Below are positions 17,284-27,804 of a DNA stretch of 64,000 nucleotides, piece after piece. Numbering within the stretch: the first letter of the stretch is position 1; each line of letters begins with the position of its first letter. Origin of the DNA: Minisyncoccia bacterium (GTDB taxonomy: Bacteria; Patescibacteriota; Minisyncoccia; Phycocordibacterales; PALSA-1337). The translations under genes were made by a program, and so were the position numbers. The notes beneath the pieces were generated by a model. It was not told the origin of the DNA. It ran no database searches and saw nothing but the letters and a program-made list of their open reading frames with translations. The DNA lies in contig JBIIIW010000001.1 of assembly GCA_044234345.1 (NCBI GenBank), positions 1,766 to 65,765 on the forward strand, written 5' to 3'.

Positions 17284-18681
17284 TTTCCCCTCCTTTATCT
17301 CTATCCCCAACTCTATCAATTGCTTGTCAGTAACCTTACCTGGTGCTCCCATCATTGGATCTCTACCTTCTCCAGTCTTAGCGAATGCAATTACTTCACG
17401 AATATTCGGTTCATTCTCAAGTATCATCATCAATCTATCAAATCCCCACGCCATACCTCCATGTGGTGGTGTACCTGATCCTAGGGCTGATAGCATATGA
17501 CCGAAGTTTCTCTCTATTCTCTCATCATCATATCCCATGATCTTAAATACAGTCTTTAGTGCTTCAGGATTATGGTTTCGTATACTACCTCCTCCAATCT
17601 CATATCCATTTAATACTAGATCGTATTGAGTAGTGAATATATCTGCTATATTCTTCTGCTCCATCAAATCCTTCATTGATTCCTTTGTAGGTGAAGAGAA
17701 TGGGTTATGAGTGAATGTCCATTGATTAGTATCTGCATCCTTCTCAAACATTGGAAAATCAATTACCCAAAGGAATGCTAATTCATTAGGGTTGTTCTTG
17801 TCTTTACGGATATCAGGCTTGTCACTGTTGTACTTCTCCATAGCCTCCTTGTATGTCATTACAGGAATTGGAGTTTGTTGTATTTCCTTTGTTGGATACA
17901 GAGTTTTAACTAGATCTAATATCACACTCTCATTCATTTGCATTACGTCCTTCTGCTCTACAAATGACATTTCCATATCTAGTTGTGTAAACTCTGGTTG
18001 TCTATCTCCTCTTGTATCTTCATCACGCATACAACGAGCTATCTGGAAGTACTTCTCGAATCCTGAAGCCATTAATAGCTGTTTGTATTGCTGTGGAGAT
18101 TGAGGGAGAGAATAGAAAGAACCACGCTCTAGACGAGAAGGGACAATGAAGTCTCTAGATCCTTCTGGTGTTGTGGCTGAAAGTAGAGGTGTCTCTATTT
18201 CTGTAAAACCATATTTAGAGAATGCATTTCTGATATGTAGAGTTGCCTTATGTCTATTGATAATATTCTTCTGTAGTCTCTCTCTTCTTAGATCTATATA
18301 TCTATACTTAAGTCTTACCTCTTCATTAATCTCCTTTCCATCAGTGTGTATGTCTATCGGAGGAGTTGTTGCTTCGTTAAGTACTTCAATACCAAGTATC
18401 TCAAGTTCTATCTCTCCATTCTGTTTGTCTTTCTGTATATTCCTCTCTGGTCTCTGATTTACTTTTCCGTGTACCTTAACTACCCACTCACTTCGAAGTG
18501 TAGATCCTACTGTATGAGCATCCTTAGCATTTGGAAGTATTACTCCCTGGACCTTACCAGTTACGTCTCTGAAATCGAAGAAAATTAGTTTACCTTGATC
18601 ACGACGAATGTCTATCCAAGCAGATATGCTTACTTCTTTTCCAATATGACTTGATAGGTCCTTTATATATATTCTTTCCAT
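17281..18681 (-). CDS. aspS: aspartyl-tRNA synthetase, short form lacking the GAD insertion domain
   Basis: N-terminal OB fold (GKEVSISAWIDIRRDQGKLIFFDFRD). Class II motifs CMRDEDTRGDRQPEFTQLDMEMSF and GGSIRNHN. 466 aa. Confidence 0.9.
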   Translation of the reverse strand: MERIYIKDLSSHIGKEVSISAWIDIRRDQGKLIFFDFRDVTGKVQGVILPNAKDAHTVGSTLRSEWVVKVHGKVNQRPERNIQKDKQNGEIELEILGIEVLNEATTPPIDIHTDGKEINEEVRLKYRYIDLRRERLQKNIINRHKATLHIRNAFSKYGFTEIETPLLSATTPEGSRDFIVPSRLERGSFYSLPQSPQQYKQLLMASGFEKYFQIARCMRDEDTRGDRQPEFTQLDMEMSFVEQKDVMQMNESVILDLVKTLYPTKEIQQTPIPVMTYKEAMEKYNSDKPDIRKDKNNPNELAFLWVIDFPMFEKDADTNQWTFTHNPFSSPTKESMKDLMEQKNIADIFTTQYDLVLNGYEIGGGSIRNHNPEALKTVFKIMGYDDERIERNFGHMLSALGSGTPPHGGMAWGFDRLMMILENEPNIREVIAFAKTGEGRDPMMGAPGKVTDKQLIELGIEIKEGK

Positions 18682-18685
18682 AAAA

Positions 18686-19639
18686 TTATTTTACTCCAAT
18701 AGTTGTTTTAATTGCATTCATCTTCTCATCCGCCCTATTCCTTGCATCTATCGCTCCATCCTCAAGTATTCTCTTTACGCTATCAATATCTTTTGCTAAT
18801 TCATTACGTCTATCTCTAAGTGGCTTTATGAATGCATCAATATCCTCAATCAACGCTTCCTTAAGGACCTTGTACTTACCTTTGCTTTCTTCGTATAGAG
18901 ACTTTAGTTCAGCTTCTGATTTAAATAACTTGTGAATATTGTAAACATTAATAGGTGTCTCTCCACTAGAATCTGTAACAATACTCATCACTGCTTTTGT
19001 AATCTCCTCCCTGTCTGCAAACAAAGGAATTGTGTTGCCGTAACTCTTAGACATCTTCTGTCCATCTGTTCCTGGTACGATAGCTACATCCTTCATTATA
19101 TGAGCCTCAGGTAACTTGAATGTCTCTCCAAACGTATTGTTAAACTTTTGTGCAGTATCTCTTGTATATTCAATATGCTGCTTCTGATCCTGTCCTACAG
19201 GTACTATATCTGTATCGTAAAGTAGTATGTCTGATGCCATTAGCATTGGATAGTTGAAGGTACCAACACTAATCTCTCTGTCTTTTGCTTCTGCATCCTT
19301 GAAAGCATGTGCTCTCATTAAGTATGGCATTGTTGTGATTGTATCGAATATCCATGCTAGTTCTGTATGGGCTGGTACATCACTTTGTTTAAATATCTTT
19401 GATTGTTTTGGATCAATACCAATTGCTAGATAGTCTAGAGCAAGATCTAGAGTATTCTGTCTCATTAGATCTGCACTCTGTATGAAGTTAAGTGCGTGAT
19501 AGTCTGCAATCATGAAGTACTTCAACGCATCAGGATTTGTATTCTGTAGATCTACCATTTGCTTCATTGCACCGAAATAGTTACCGATATGAGGTCGGCC
19601 TGTAGGTTTAACTCCTGAAAGTAATATCTTTTTTGACAT
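18686..19639 (-). CDS. trpS: tryptophanyl-tRNA synthetase
   Basis: KKILLSGVKPTGRPHIGNYFGA (HIGH-type motif) and KMSKSYGN (KMSKS). 317 aa. Confidence 0.9.
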   Translation of the reverse strand: MSKKILLSGVKPTGRPHIGNYFGAMKQMVDLQNTNPDALKYFMIADYHALNFIQSADLMRQNTLDLALDYLAIGIDPKQSKIFKQSDVPAHTELAWIFDTITTMPYLMRAHAFKDAEAKDREISVGTFNYPMLMASDILLYDTDIVPVGQDQKQHIEYTRDTAQKFNNTFGETFKLPEAHIMKDVAIVPGTDGQKMSKSYGNTIPLFADREEITKAVMSIVTDSSGETPINVYNIHKLFKSEAELKSLYEESKGKYKVLKEALIEDIDAFIKPLRDRRNELAKDIDSVKRILEDGAIDARNRADEKMNAIKTTIGVK

Positions 19640-19671
19640 GGGTAAATAATAGCAGATTTATAGTCTATGAG

Positions 19672-20523
19672 CTATATCCCCTCTTTCTTCAATTCCTCAA
19701 CTAGTTTCTGTGCACTCTTAGATAGCTTTCTTGGCATATCAACTTTTGTAACAATAAGTAGGTCTCCCCTTCTTCCTCTCTCATCTGGAACTCCTTTCTG
19801 TCTAACTCTAAGTATTTCATTATGTGTAGTTCCTGATGGAATCTTTAACTCTATCTTCCCGTCTAATGTCTCAATATCAAGTGTTGCTCCAAGTAGTGCT
19901 GTTGTAAGCTTAAGATTAAGTTCCATGATCAGATCAAAACCTTGTTTTCTAAATGTCTTGTTCTCCTCAACCCACACACGAACAATTAGGTCTCCCTTTC
20001 CACCAGGACCATCCTCTCCTTTTCCAGTAATTCTTAATCCTTGCCCGTTCTCAATTCCAGAAGGAATAGTTACAACTATTCTCTCTCCATTTACATTAAT
20101 TTCTTTTTCAGTTCCGAATATAGATTCTTTGAAACCAAGTTGGATATCTACAGTAATCTTTGCACCTCTTCTAGGTCGTCTTCCACCTCCGAAGAAATCT
20201 CCGAACATCTCTCCAAGATCAAACTCAAATGATTGACCATTCTGTCCTTGATACTGTTGTGCAAATCCTGAGAAGTCGAATCCTCCGAAACCTTGTCCAG
20301 GATTAAATCCTGCACCTTGATCAGCCGATCCATACGTATCATACCTTTGTCTCTTCTGATCATCAGACAATACAGTATATGCTTCGTTTATCTCCTTAAA
20401 CTTAGCATCATTACCCTGATTCTTATCAGGATGATGTTCGTGAGCAAGCTTACGAAATGCTTTCTTTATCTCGTCTTTTGATGCTCCTTTTTGTATTCCC
20501 AGTGTTTTGTAATAGTCTTTCAT
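19672..20523 (-). CDS. dnaJ: DnaJ-class chaperone (J domain + C-terminal substrate-binding domains, no zinc finger; CbpA-like)
   Basis: [35 protein letters not shown] (J domain with HPD), a G/F-rich linker, and C-terminal DnaJ_C-like repeats. Confidence 0.85.
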   Translation of the reverse strand: MKDYYKTLGIQKGASKDEIKKAFRKLAHEHHPDKNQGNDAKFKEINEAYTVLSDDQKRQRYDTYGSADQGAGFNPGQGFGGFDFSGFAQQYQGQNGQSFEFDLGEMFGDFFGGGRRPRRGAKITVDIQLGFKESIFGTEKEINVNGERIVVTIPSGIENGQGLRITGKGEDGPGGKGDLIVRVWVEENKTFRKQGFDLIMELNLKLTTALLGATLDIETLDGKIELKIPSGTTHNEILRVRQKGVPDERGRRGDLLIVTKVDMPRKLSKSAQKLVEELKKEGI

Positions 20524-20656
20524 GTGGGTATAAATATAGCAGAAATTGTTACTGGATTAGTATTGACTTTAGTGATCATTTATGATAAAAAGATAAAAGT
20601 GAATTCAGGATGGATGTCCAGAGTTCTTCGTAAGAAACGACGAATTCTATACCTGT

Positions 20657-20866
20657 ATGACTTGTCCGGTTTGCAATAGTCAATTTTGCGATCACACTCA
20701 TGGTCAGAAAAATGGCGCACGACAGAGAATCAATAAAGGATTAAATCCTGTTGATGTCAGGCATGAAGAATGGTTGTCTGATCCAAGCGGTAATCCATTT
20801 TATAATCCATTGCCTGTTAAGGTAAAGCAACCTGAAGAAGATGGTTATTGGCCAGGGCCAGGATGA
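20657..20866 (+). CDS. small Cys/His-rich hypothetical protein
   Basis: 69 aa (MTCPVCNSQFCDHTHGQ...), GC-rich, with a weak hairpin downstream. Sits between dnaJ and the Fic gene on the opposite strand. Confidence 0.3.
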   Translation: MTCPVCNSQFCDHTHGQKNGARQRINKGLNPVDVRHEEWLSDPSGNPFYNPLPVKVKQPEEDGYWPGPG

Positions 20867-20919
20867 TTCAATTTTTAACACCGAAAACCGGCTTCCTTTT
20901 GAGGACAGTCGGTTTTGTT

Positions 20920-21933
20920 CTACATCAACAAATTTGAAACCAAAGCAACCATAAGTTCTTTGTCCCTAGGATTACTCTCAGCAATGAGTAATGCAAGAGC
21001 TACTAGAGTATTGTCATTTATCTTCTTCTCTCCGTTGTCTCTAATATCCATCCTATTTAGTCTCAGGAAGTAAATGAATACAAATGACCCTATACGCTTG
21101 TTACCATCTGAGAAAGGATGATCTTTAATGATGAAATACAATAAGTGGGAAGCTTTTTCGTTAAGACTTGAGTATAGCTCCTTACCGTCGAAGGTTTGGT
21201 ATATGGTCTTAAGAATACCTTGGAAACTTCCATCCCTTTCGGAACCGAATATATCTGTAGCTTCCTTCTTATCAACCAATACTTCTTTAAGCATATCTAT
21301 CGATCCACGAATGAATTCATAATCAAAACGTCTTTTCTCAATATCCTTACCCTTCCTTAGCTGCAGCTCACCTTCATCATATTCCTTTAGGAACTTCCAA
21401 GAATTCGCATAGTCATGGATAACGGAAAGAAGACTATTAGACTCACCCCTGTCCAATTCTCTGTTTCTAATTGTTCTTTGAATAAAGGAGATCTTTTCAT
21501 CTAAGTCACTAAGTATCTTGTCTGGTAGTTTAGATATTCTTTCGTTGTTAACTACAATACCTTTGATTAGATACTCACGGAGAGTGACGGTGGCCCAGAT
21601 ACGGAACTGAGTTGCTTTCTTGGAGTTAACTCTATATCCAACAGATAGTATTACATCTAAGCTATAGAACCTTACCTTGTAATTCTTACCATCAGCGGCA
21701 GTATGTTCCAAAATGGAACTAACTGAACTTTCGTTAAGCTCACCAGAATCGAAGATATTCTTAAGATGTTTTGTAATTGCTGGTCTTTGCGTTCCAAATA
21801 ACTCTGATATTTGTTCCTGCGTAGCCCAAATCGTCTCCTTGTCCGTATCCGCTCTTAGCTCAACTACCCCATTCTCACCTGTGTATAATACTAACTTACC
21901 GTCCTCATTTATAACGATGTTTTTGTTTACCAT
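20920..21933 (-). CDS. Fic/Doc-family protein with N-terminal RhuM-like domain
   Basis: The N-terminus (LYTGENGVVELRADTDKETIWATQEQISELFGTQRPAITKHLKNIF) resembles the RhuM virulence-protein domain. The C-terminus carries the Fic motif HPFSDGNKRIG. Confidence 0.8.
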   Translation of the reverse strand: MVNKNIVINEDGKLVLYTGENGVVELRADTDKETIWATQEQISELFGTQRPAITKHLKNIFDSGELNESSVSSILEHTAADGKNYKVRFYSLDVILSVGYRVNSKKATQFRIWATVTLREYLIKGIVVNNERISKLPDKILSDLDEKISFIQRTIRNRELDRGESNSLLSVIHDYANSWKFLKEYDEGELQLRKGKDIEKRRFDYEFIRGSIDMLKEVLVDKKEATDIFGSERDGSFQGILKTIYQTFDGKELYSSLNEKASHLLYFIIKDHPFSDGNKRIGSFVFIYFLRLNRMDIRDNGEKKINDNTLVALALLIAESNPRDKELMVALVSNLLM

Positions 21934-22105
21934 ATTTAATTTTGCTAACTATTATTAAAACTTGCAGTTAAATCCCGGGAATGATTACTGAATTGATTGA
22001 GTTAAATCTAGTACAACCTAGATTGACCTCACAATTATATCAATATTAAAAGTAAAAGACCACAATATTTGTGGTCTTTTACTAATTCTATATTCCCTAC
22101 TCTAC

Positions 22106-23989
22106 CTATTTCTTCTCCTTAAACTCCGCATCCTTCACATCCCCCTCTGGTGCCTTCTGTTCACCTGTAGGTGGAGTTTGTTCTGCCTGAGCTTTAGATA
22201 GTATCTCACCAATCTTTGATAGTTCTGCTGATAGGATATCAGTTACTTTCTTTAGATTAGCTTGATCAGTACCATCCTTAGCAGTCTTTACATCAGCAAT
22301 CTTGTCTTCGATTGACTTACGAAGATCTGCTGGAACTTTGTCTCCCGCATCCTTTAGAGATTTCTCTGAAGTATGTATTAGTTGTTCCGCCATGTTCTTC
22401 GCTTCAACCATTTCCTTCTTCTTTGCATCCTCTGCTGCATTCATCTCTGCATCCTTCTTCATCTTCTCAACCTCTTCTTTTGAAAGTCCTGAACTTGCAG
22501 TGATCTTAATACTATTAGCCTTTCCAGTAGCTTTGTCCTTAGCTGTAACTGATAGGATTCCGTTAGCATCTAGATCGAATGTAACTTCAATTTGTGGCAT
22601 ACCTCTCTGAGCTGGAGCTATACCATCTAGGATGAATCTACCCAATGACTTGTTATCACTCGCCATTGATCTCTCTCCTTGAGTAACGTGAATTTCTACA
22701 GATGTTTGGTTATCAGCTGCTGTAGAGAAGATTTGAGACTTCTGGGTAGGTATAGTGGTGTTCTTGTCGATTAATCTTGTAGCTACTCCTCCCATTGTTT
22801 CGATTGAGAGTGATAGCGGAGTAACATCTAGAAGTAGTACTCCCTTAACGTCTCCAGCAAGGATACCTCCTTGTATAGCAGCTCCTACCGCAACCACTTC
22901 GTCTGGATTTACACCAAGATGTAATTCCTTACCGAAGAAATCCTTAACAGCCTTTTGCATAGCTGGCATTCTTGTCTGACCTCCAACAAGTATTACCTCG
23001 TTGATATCGCCAACTTTGAATGGAGATGCAGCCATTGCTCTCTTTGTGATCTCCATTGCACGAGTGATGAACTCTGAAGTAAGTTCCTCAAGCTTTGCAC
23101 GAGTCATAGTTACGAGTAAGTGTTTTGGTCCATCAGCTCCTGAAGTTAGGAATGGAATATTTACTTCTGTCTGCATAGCAGTTGAAAGTTCAATCTTTGC
23201 CTTCTCTGCAGCTTCATCTAGTCTCTGTAGAGCAAGTGCATCCTTTCTAACATCAATTCCCTCTTGCTTCTTGAATTCTTCTGCAAGCCAGTTAATGATC
23301 TTTTGATCAATATCCTTACCTCCAAGATGAGCGTCTCCGTCTGTAGACTTAACTTCAACAACATCATCTCCAACTTCTAGAACTGAGATATCGAATGTAC
23401 CTCCTCCGAAGTCAAACACTACAATCTTCTCATCCTTCTTCTTGTCGAAGCCATAAGCTAGAGCTGCAGCTGTAGGTTCGTTGATAATTCTCTTAACATC
23501 AAGACCAGCAATCTTTCCAGCATCCTTTGTAGCTTGCCTTTGTGCGTCATTGAAGTATGCAGGAACTGTAATTACTGCTTCTGTAACAGGTTCTCCAAGA
23601 CGAGCTTCAGCATCAGCCTTCATCTTACCTAGTATCATTGCTGATATCTCTTCTGGTCTGTACCACTTATCACCCATCTTCACTTCAATTCCTCCAGTTG
23701 CACTCTTTTGCATTTCGAATGGAACAGATGTTCTATCTTTCTGTACTGCAGGATCATCGAAGTTATGACCGATGAATCTCTTGATTTGGTATATTGTATT
23801 CTTAGGATTTGTAACTCCCTGACGCTTAGCAAGAAGTCCCACCATACGATCGCCAGTCTTAGACATTGCGATTATAGATGGAGTTGTACGTGCTCCTTCA
23901 GCGTTCTCTAATATTTTTGGTGTACCAGCTTCCATTACTGCAACTGCAGAGTTGGTGGTACCTAGATCGATTCCGATTATTTTAGACAT
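22106..23989 (-). CDS. dnaK: molecular chaperone DnaK (Hsp70)
   Basis: [33 protein letters not shown] and more. 627 aa. Confidence 0.95.
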   Translation of the reverse strand: MSKIIGIDLGTTNSAVAVMEAGTPKILENAEGARTTPSIIAMSKTGDRMVGLLAKRQGVTNPKNTIYQIKRFIGHNFDDPAVQKDRTSVPFEMQKSATGGIEVKMGDKWYRPEEISAMILGKMKADAEARLGEPVTEAVITVPAYFNDAQRQATKDAGKIAGLDVKRIINEPTAAALAYGFDKKKDEKIVVFDFGGGTFDISVLEVGDDVVEVKSTDGDAHLGGKDIDQKIINWLAEEFKKQEGIDVRKDALALQRLDEAAEKAKIELSTAMQTEVNIPFLTSGADGPKHLLVTMTRAKLEELTSEFITRAMEITKRAMAASPFKVGDINEVILVGGQTRMPAMQKAVKDFFGKELHLGVNPDEVVAVGAAIQGGILAGDVKGVLLLDVTPLSLSIETMGGVATRLIDKNTTIPTQKSQIFSTAADNQTSVEIHVTQGERSMASDNKSLGRFILDGIAPAQRGMPQIEVTFDLDANGILSVTAKDKATGKANSIKITASSGLSKEEVEKMKKDAEMNAAEDAKKKEMVEAKNMAEQLIHTSEKSLKDAGDKVPADLRKSIEDKIADVKTAKDGTDQANLKKVTDILSAELSKIGEILSKAQAEQTPPTGEQKAPEGDVKDAEFKEKK

Positions 23990-24016
23990 AGATTTGTTTG
24001 ATTATTATTTTATATT

Positions 24017-24244
24017 TTGATAATGTCGCCCTATATGAGTTCATCTTTTTCCAAACTTGATATTGGCAGGTCTGTCATTTTTAATTCTATACATGGAGAA
24101 TGTGGTATAAACGGTCTTAGGGCTGTGATTAAGGACGTTACGTATGGTTATGAGAACCACGTGACTTTTCCTCAAGGTATCTCGGTATGTATTGAATTTG
24201 AAGACAGACGCATTACTTGGTGTAGGGTTGATGAAATCACTTAA
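24017..24244 (+). CDS. small hypothetical protein
   Basis: 75-aa ORF followed by a clean terminator (24257..24284). Position within the dnaK upstream region makes it uncertain. Confidence 0.3.
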   Translation: MIMSPYMSSSFSKLDIGRSVIFNSIHGECGINGLRAVIKDVTYGYENHVTFPQGISVCIEFEDRRITWCRVDEIT

Positions 24245-24256
24245 ACACCACTGCAG

Positions 24257-24284
24257 ATCCGCATTAATTTGCGGATTCTTTTTA
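24257..24284 (+). terminator. intrinsic terminator
   Basis: atccgcattaatttgcggat followed by tcttttt. Confidence 0.6.
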
Positions 24285-24578
24285 TTTAGCCGGAGCCCTC
24301 GTAGGTTGACTCATAAAGAAGTCTAGAGAGATATATGGAGATATCCTAGATATATATGAAGGAGTTGTATCTAGAGCAAGATCTTCGGCATCAACTGATA
24401 TTGGTAGACATACTACATTCTCAGACTTAGTAACTATAGGTTCAGCAGACACGATCTGAGCTGTAAGCTTTCCATTAACATCAACTACAGTAAAACGAAC
24501 ACGTACAAGTACACCATTCTTGTCGTAGATGATTCTCTCAAAGATGCTATTGAGTTGTTTTGAAGCAATAGCTAACAT
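24282..24578 (-). CDS. hypothetical protein
   Basis: 98-aa ORF with no recognisable motif. Confidence 0.35.
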   Translation of the reverse strand: MLAIASKQLNSIFERIIYDKNGVLVRVRFTVVDVNGKLTAQIVSAEPIVTKSENVVCLPISVDAEDLALDTTPSYISRISPYISLDFFMSQPTRAPAK

Positions 24579-24637
24579 ACAAGTATTATATTATATTTTG
24601 CAAATTTGTCCAACCAAATCCATGCTATGATTACCTT

Positions 24638-24925
24638 ATGCAAACACTTATACACGCAGACATATTCTTCTTCGTAACAACAGTAATAGTTATAGCTTTA
24701 GGACTAATTTCAATAGTCATATTGACCTACATAGCATTCATAATTGCAGATATACGTGAGATATCACGCATAGCTCGTAGAGAGAGTGGAGAGATAGCTG
24801 AAGATATTGCAGAGATTAGAGGTGAGATAAAGAAAGAGATACGTAATAACTCATCAGTTATTACGTCTATATTTAAGGTAATCAAAAACCTATTTAATAG
24901 AAGAGGAAGAGTTAATAAAAAATAA
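24638..24925 (+). CDS. small membrane protein
   Basis: 95 aa with an N-terminal TM helix followed by a charged helical tail (EIAEDIAEIRGEIKKEIR). Confidence 0.4.
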   Translation: MQTLIHADIFFFVTTVIVIALGLISIVILTYIAFIIADIREISRIARRESGEIAEDIAEIRGEIKKEIRNNSSVITSIFKVIKNLFNRRGRVNKK

Positions 24926-25255
24926 ATGAAAAAGAAAAATAATAACAATATAGCTATAGGTATTGGATTAGCTACCCTTGCAGCAACTACAGCTGGAGCA
25001 TACTTCTTGTATGGTACTAAGAAAGGCAAGGTCCAAAGAAAAGCAATTAAGAGTTGGACCCTAAAGATGAAGGGAGACGTAATGGATGAAGTAGAGAAGC
25101 TTAAGGACGTATCTGAGGAGTCATACCATAAAGCTATTGATAAGGTATCAAAGAAGTATAACAAGATGAAGAATATGGATATGGTAGAACTTGCAGAGAC
25201 AGCAGACTCACTTAAGAGTCACTGGAAGGATATAAAGAAGGAGATTGGGATTTAG
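24926..25255 (+). CDS. small membrane protein, YtxH/DUF948-like
   Basis: 109 aa, NIAIGIGLATLAATTAGAYFLYGTKKGKVQRK... plus a long charged helix. Pattern typical of YtxH-like proteins. Confidence 0.45.
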   Translation: MKKKNNNNIAIGIGLATLAATTAGAYFLYGTKKGKVQRKAIKSWTLKMKGDVMDEVEKLKDVSEESYHKAIDKVSKKYNKMKNMDMVELAETADSLKSHWKDIKKEIGI

Positions 25256-25320
25256 ATCTGTATAAAAGTTTGTCCGAGAGATCTTGCGATCCCCCGGACG
25301 ATTTGTAATTCATTATTTGT

Positions 25321-25947
25321 TCATTTTACGATGAGAGTTTCCAGATGTTCCATTACCTTCACCAAGCTATCATTCAAGATTACTGGTGATGTTTTTACAT
25401 TGATACAATCGAGGTTCTCGATGCCGACTGGTATGTATCCTTTTCCGTGGTTACCCCAGTCATTGTGTGACATGTAATCTGCCAGATCCCACATCATGGG
25501 TTTAGTCCTTTCTGGATTATTTAGATCCATTTCATACTCAGCTCTGGCTATGCGTTCAATTTTTGCATACACGGACTCCCATGTAACTCGGATGGCTTTC
25601 ACTCTGTTCCTCTTGCGGAATCCTCCAAAGAACAACTTACCGTTGTTCGATACAAAACCTTCTTTCTGCCTTTCTCCTATCACGTATTCGAGAAAGTAGT
25701 CAGGATGGCAATTTGCTTCATAGAATATCTCAGCTGGTCGGTCAAGCGTCTCTACTGTTATGATTACTCCGTAGCTGTAGGCATCAAATACCCTAATCGC
25801 AATGTCGGTTGTTGGGTCAAATGCGCTATCAGACGGTCTATGACCTCTGGTCATGTATCCGTTAATAGGTTTTCCAACTTCCGGCTCGTATACCGGAACT
25901 ATTTCCGGCGCGTTGCCAATAGGTTTACAACTTCTAGCTCTTTTCAC
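25321..25947 (-). CDS. hypothetical protein, GC-rich ORFan (208 aa)
   Basis: Soluble ORF of higher GC with no recognisable motif. Confidence 0.5.
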   Translation of the reverse strand: MKRARSCKPIGNAPEIVPVYEPEVGKPINGYMTRGHRPSDSAFDPTTDIAIRVFDAYSYGVIITVETLDRPAEIFYEANCHPDYFLEYVIGERQKEGFVSNNGKLFFGGFRKRNRVKAIRVTWESVYAKIERIARAEYEMDLNNPERTKPMMWDLADYMSHNDWGNHGKGYIPVGIENLDCINVKTSPVILNDSLVKVMEHLETLIVK

Positions 25948-26031
25948 GTATCACCCTTGGTTGGTTATTTTTGAATAGGACAATTAAGTGTCCAAATATA
26001 AAATAACATATTTTACATGTCAAGTCAATAG

Positions 26032-26574
26032 CTATTTCCCCTCCCCAATCTTAACCTTAGGAGCCTTCAAAACCTTGCCATTAAGCTCATATCCCTTCTG
26101 TACAACTGTAGTTACTATATCACTCTGTTTACCATCCTCTATAGCTTCATCACGCATAGGGTCAAATGTCTTACCTATAGGGTCGATTTCCTTAAGACCA
26201 AAGTCTTCTAGAGTCTTCTTAAGCTGATTAGCAATATATTCAACTCCCACTCTCCAGTTCTTGTCTGCCTTCTCCCATGCTTCCTTGTTACCCATAGCCA
26301 TATTAAAACTATCTAATACAGGTATTAGTTCAGTAATTAGATTCTCGTTAGAGAAACGAGCAAAATCTTTTTGTGATTCTTGATCACGCTTACGAGCATT
26401 TATAAACTCAGCTTTGTCTTTCTGCCAACCATTTAGATACTCCTGCTTCTCTTCAATAGCTTTCTTAAGCTTCTCCTTAAGTACCTTAACAGTATCTAAA
26501 GCATTCTCTTCGATGACTACAGAGTCATCAATATTCTCATCCCTTTCAATTGTGATATCATTTTCATCTTTCAT
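26032..26574 (-). CDS. grpE: nucleotide exchange factor GrpE
   Basis: Coiled-coil N-terminus and a GrpE core (DFARFSNENLITELIPVLDSFNMA...GLKEIDPIGKTFDPMRDEAIE). Confidence 0.85.
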   Translation of the reverse strand: MKDENDITIERDENIDDSVVIEENALDTVKVLKEKLKKAIEEKQEYLNGWQKDKAEFINARKRDQESQKDFARFSNENLITELIPVLDSFNMAMGNKEAWEKADKNWRVGVEYIANQLKKTLEDFGLKEIDPIGKTFDPMRDEAIEDGKQSDIVTTVVQKGYELNGKVLKAPKVKIGEGK

Positions 26575-26616
26575 ATATTTCTAGTATATATTATAGAGTT
26601 GATTTTGCAATACAAA

Positions 26617-26634
26617 AGGGCGCAAACGCGCCCT
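26617..26634 (-). terminator. intrinsic terminator of gene 26638..27090
   Basis: agggcgcaaacgcgccct hairpin with a U-run on the minus strand (plus: caatacaaaa). Confidence 0.7.
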
Positions 26635-26637
26635 GTG

Positions 26638-27090
26638 TTAATGCTCTAGAAACTCCTCGAGTTCCTTAGACATTTGCTTGACCAAGAGTTCAAGACGAGT
26701 CTTATCTTGCTCAAGATATTGCTTGTATGCCGCACCACCATCGGTATCATCGAGTTTAGGATCAGATAGTTCTTTCTGAACTCTTTCAAGGTTAGCATTG
26801 TGGTTATCCAATACTCGCGTGAATGACTCGAAAGCACTATTCCGTGCTTCATCCAAGCTGAACCTTAAGGCTGACTTTGGTATGTCGTAGAGTCTCATTT
26901 CCTCCAATATCCATAAATACTCCTGAAGCGACTCACCCTCCTCAATTTGCCCCGCATTCATACGGACCAAAAGATCATTGATTTCCTCAATAGCGTGTTT
27001 CCTTCTAACCCACGTTAGTATCCAATACACTACAGGGACGATGATGGCAATTGCACTCAGGACAATTATGAGCGATAGGATTCTGTTCAT
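26638..27090 (-). CDS. membrane-anchored coiled-coil protein, paralog 1
   Basis: 150 aa with an N-terminal TM helix, then RKHAIEEINDLL... Homologous to 27222..27683. Confidence 0.55.
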   Translation of the reverse strand: MNRILSLIIVLSAIAIIVPVVYWILTWVRRKHAIEEINDLLVRMNAGQIEEGESLQEYLWILEEMRLYDIPKSALRFSLDEARNSAFESFTRVLDNHNANLERVQKELSDPKLDDTDGGAAYKQYLEQDKTRLELLVKQMSKELEEFLEH

Positions 27091-27200
27091 GTGTTCTATA
27101 CTCCTTCTGTTGTATTTCTACCACGTGAATGGAGCCTAGTCTAGGTACACGTATACCCACTGTTCATGCCAGCACAAAGAAATATTTTAATCAATACAAA

Positions 27201-27218
27201 AGGGTGCAAACGCACCCT
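27201..27218 (-). terminator. intrinsic terminator of gene 27222..27683
   Basis: agggtgcaaacgcaccct, the same module as 26617..26634 with a compensatory C:G to U:A change in the stem. Confidence 0.7.
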
Positions 27219-27221
27219 CGT

Positions 27222-27683
27222 TCACTCGACACTAAATTGTTGCAATTCATACTCCATTCTTTCTTGTAGTGTGTGGAGTCTCCGTAGCTCGTACCAAAGT
27301 TTTACTTTCCTAGACGATTCATTCTCTCCGTCATTTAATTCTAGACCATTCATCTCTTCTAAGAGTGTCTCTTGCTGGGCTTTGATAGCGTCTATGGCTT
27401 TTTGAAACGAGTTCTTTGCCCACATTTCCACCGTAGGAAGGTTATGCGAGATCTCGGATTGTTCGATTCCATGCAGGCTCATCAGGACAAGTATTTGAGA
27501 AAATATCCTTAGAGAATCTGGATCCCCCTTGTCACAATTCTTGTTAATTAAAGCTATCTCACGGTTGATGTGTTCAATCGCAGCCTTCTTCTCAACCATC
27601 TCCATGAATTTGTAGAACTTAAACAGGATGATGGTGAGTATTGCAATGCAAATCAGTGCGATAGTAAAGCTAACTGGATTCAT
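27222..27683 (-). CDS. membrane-anchored coiled-coil protein, paralog 2
   Basis: 153 aa with an N-terminal TM helix, then KKAAIEHINREI... Confidence 0.55.
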   Translation of the reverse strand: MNPVSFTIALICIAILTIILFKFYKFMEMVEKKAAIEHINREIALINKNCDKGDPDSLRIFSQILVLMSLHGIEQSEISHNLPTVEMWAKNSFQKAIDAIKAQQETLLEEMNGLELNDGENESSRKVKLWYELRRLHTLQERMEYELQQFSVE

Positions 27684-27804
27684 GATGTGCTCCTAAGTTC
27701 ACCGTAATTGGTGGTTCTAAACATATTTTTACCACACGACACAGACAAAGTAAAAGGGACCAAGATTCAATCTTGGCCCCTGAAAATTCACCCAGTTTCT
27801 CCTA

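Noticed and set aside
23990-24100. CIRCE/HrcA operator (TTAGCACTC-N9-GAGTGCTAA) upstream of dnaK or grpE.
   Set aside because: No such inverted repeat is visible in either upstream region, and no hrcA gene is in the window.
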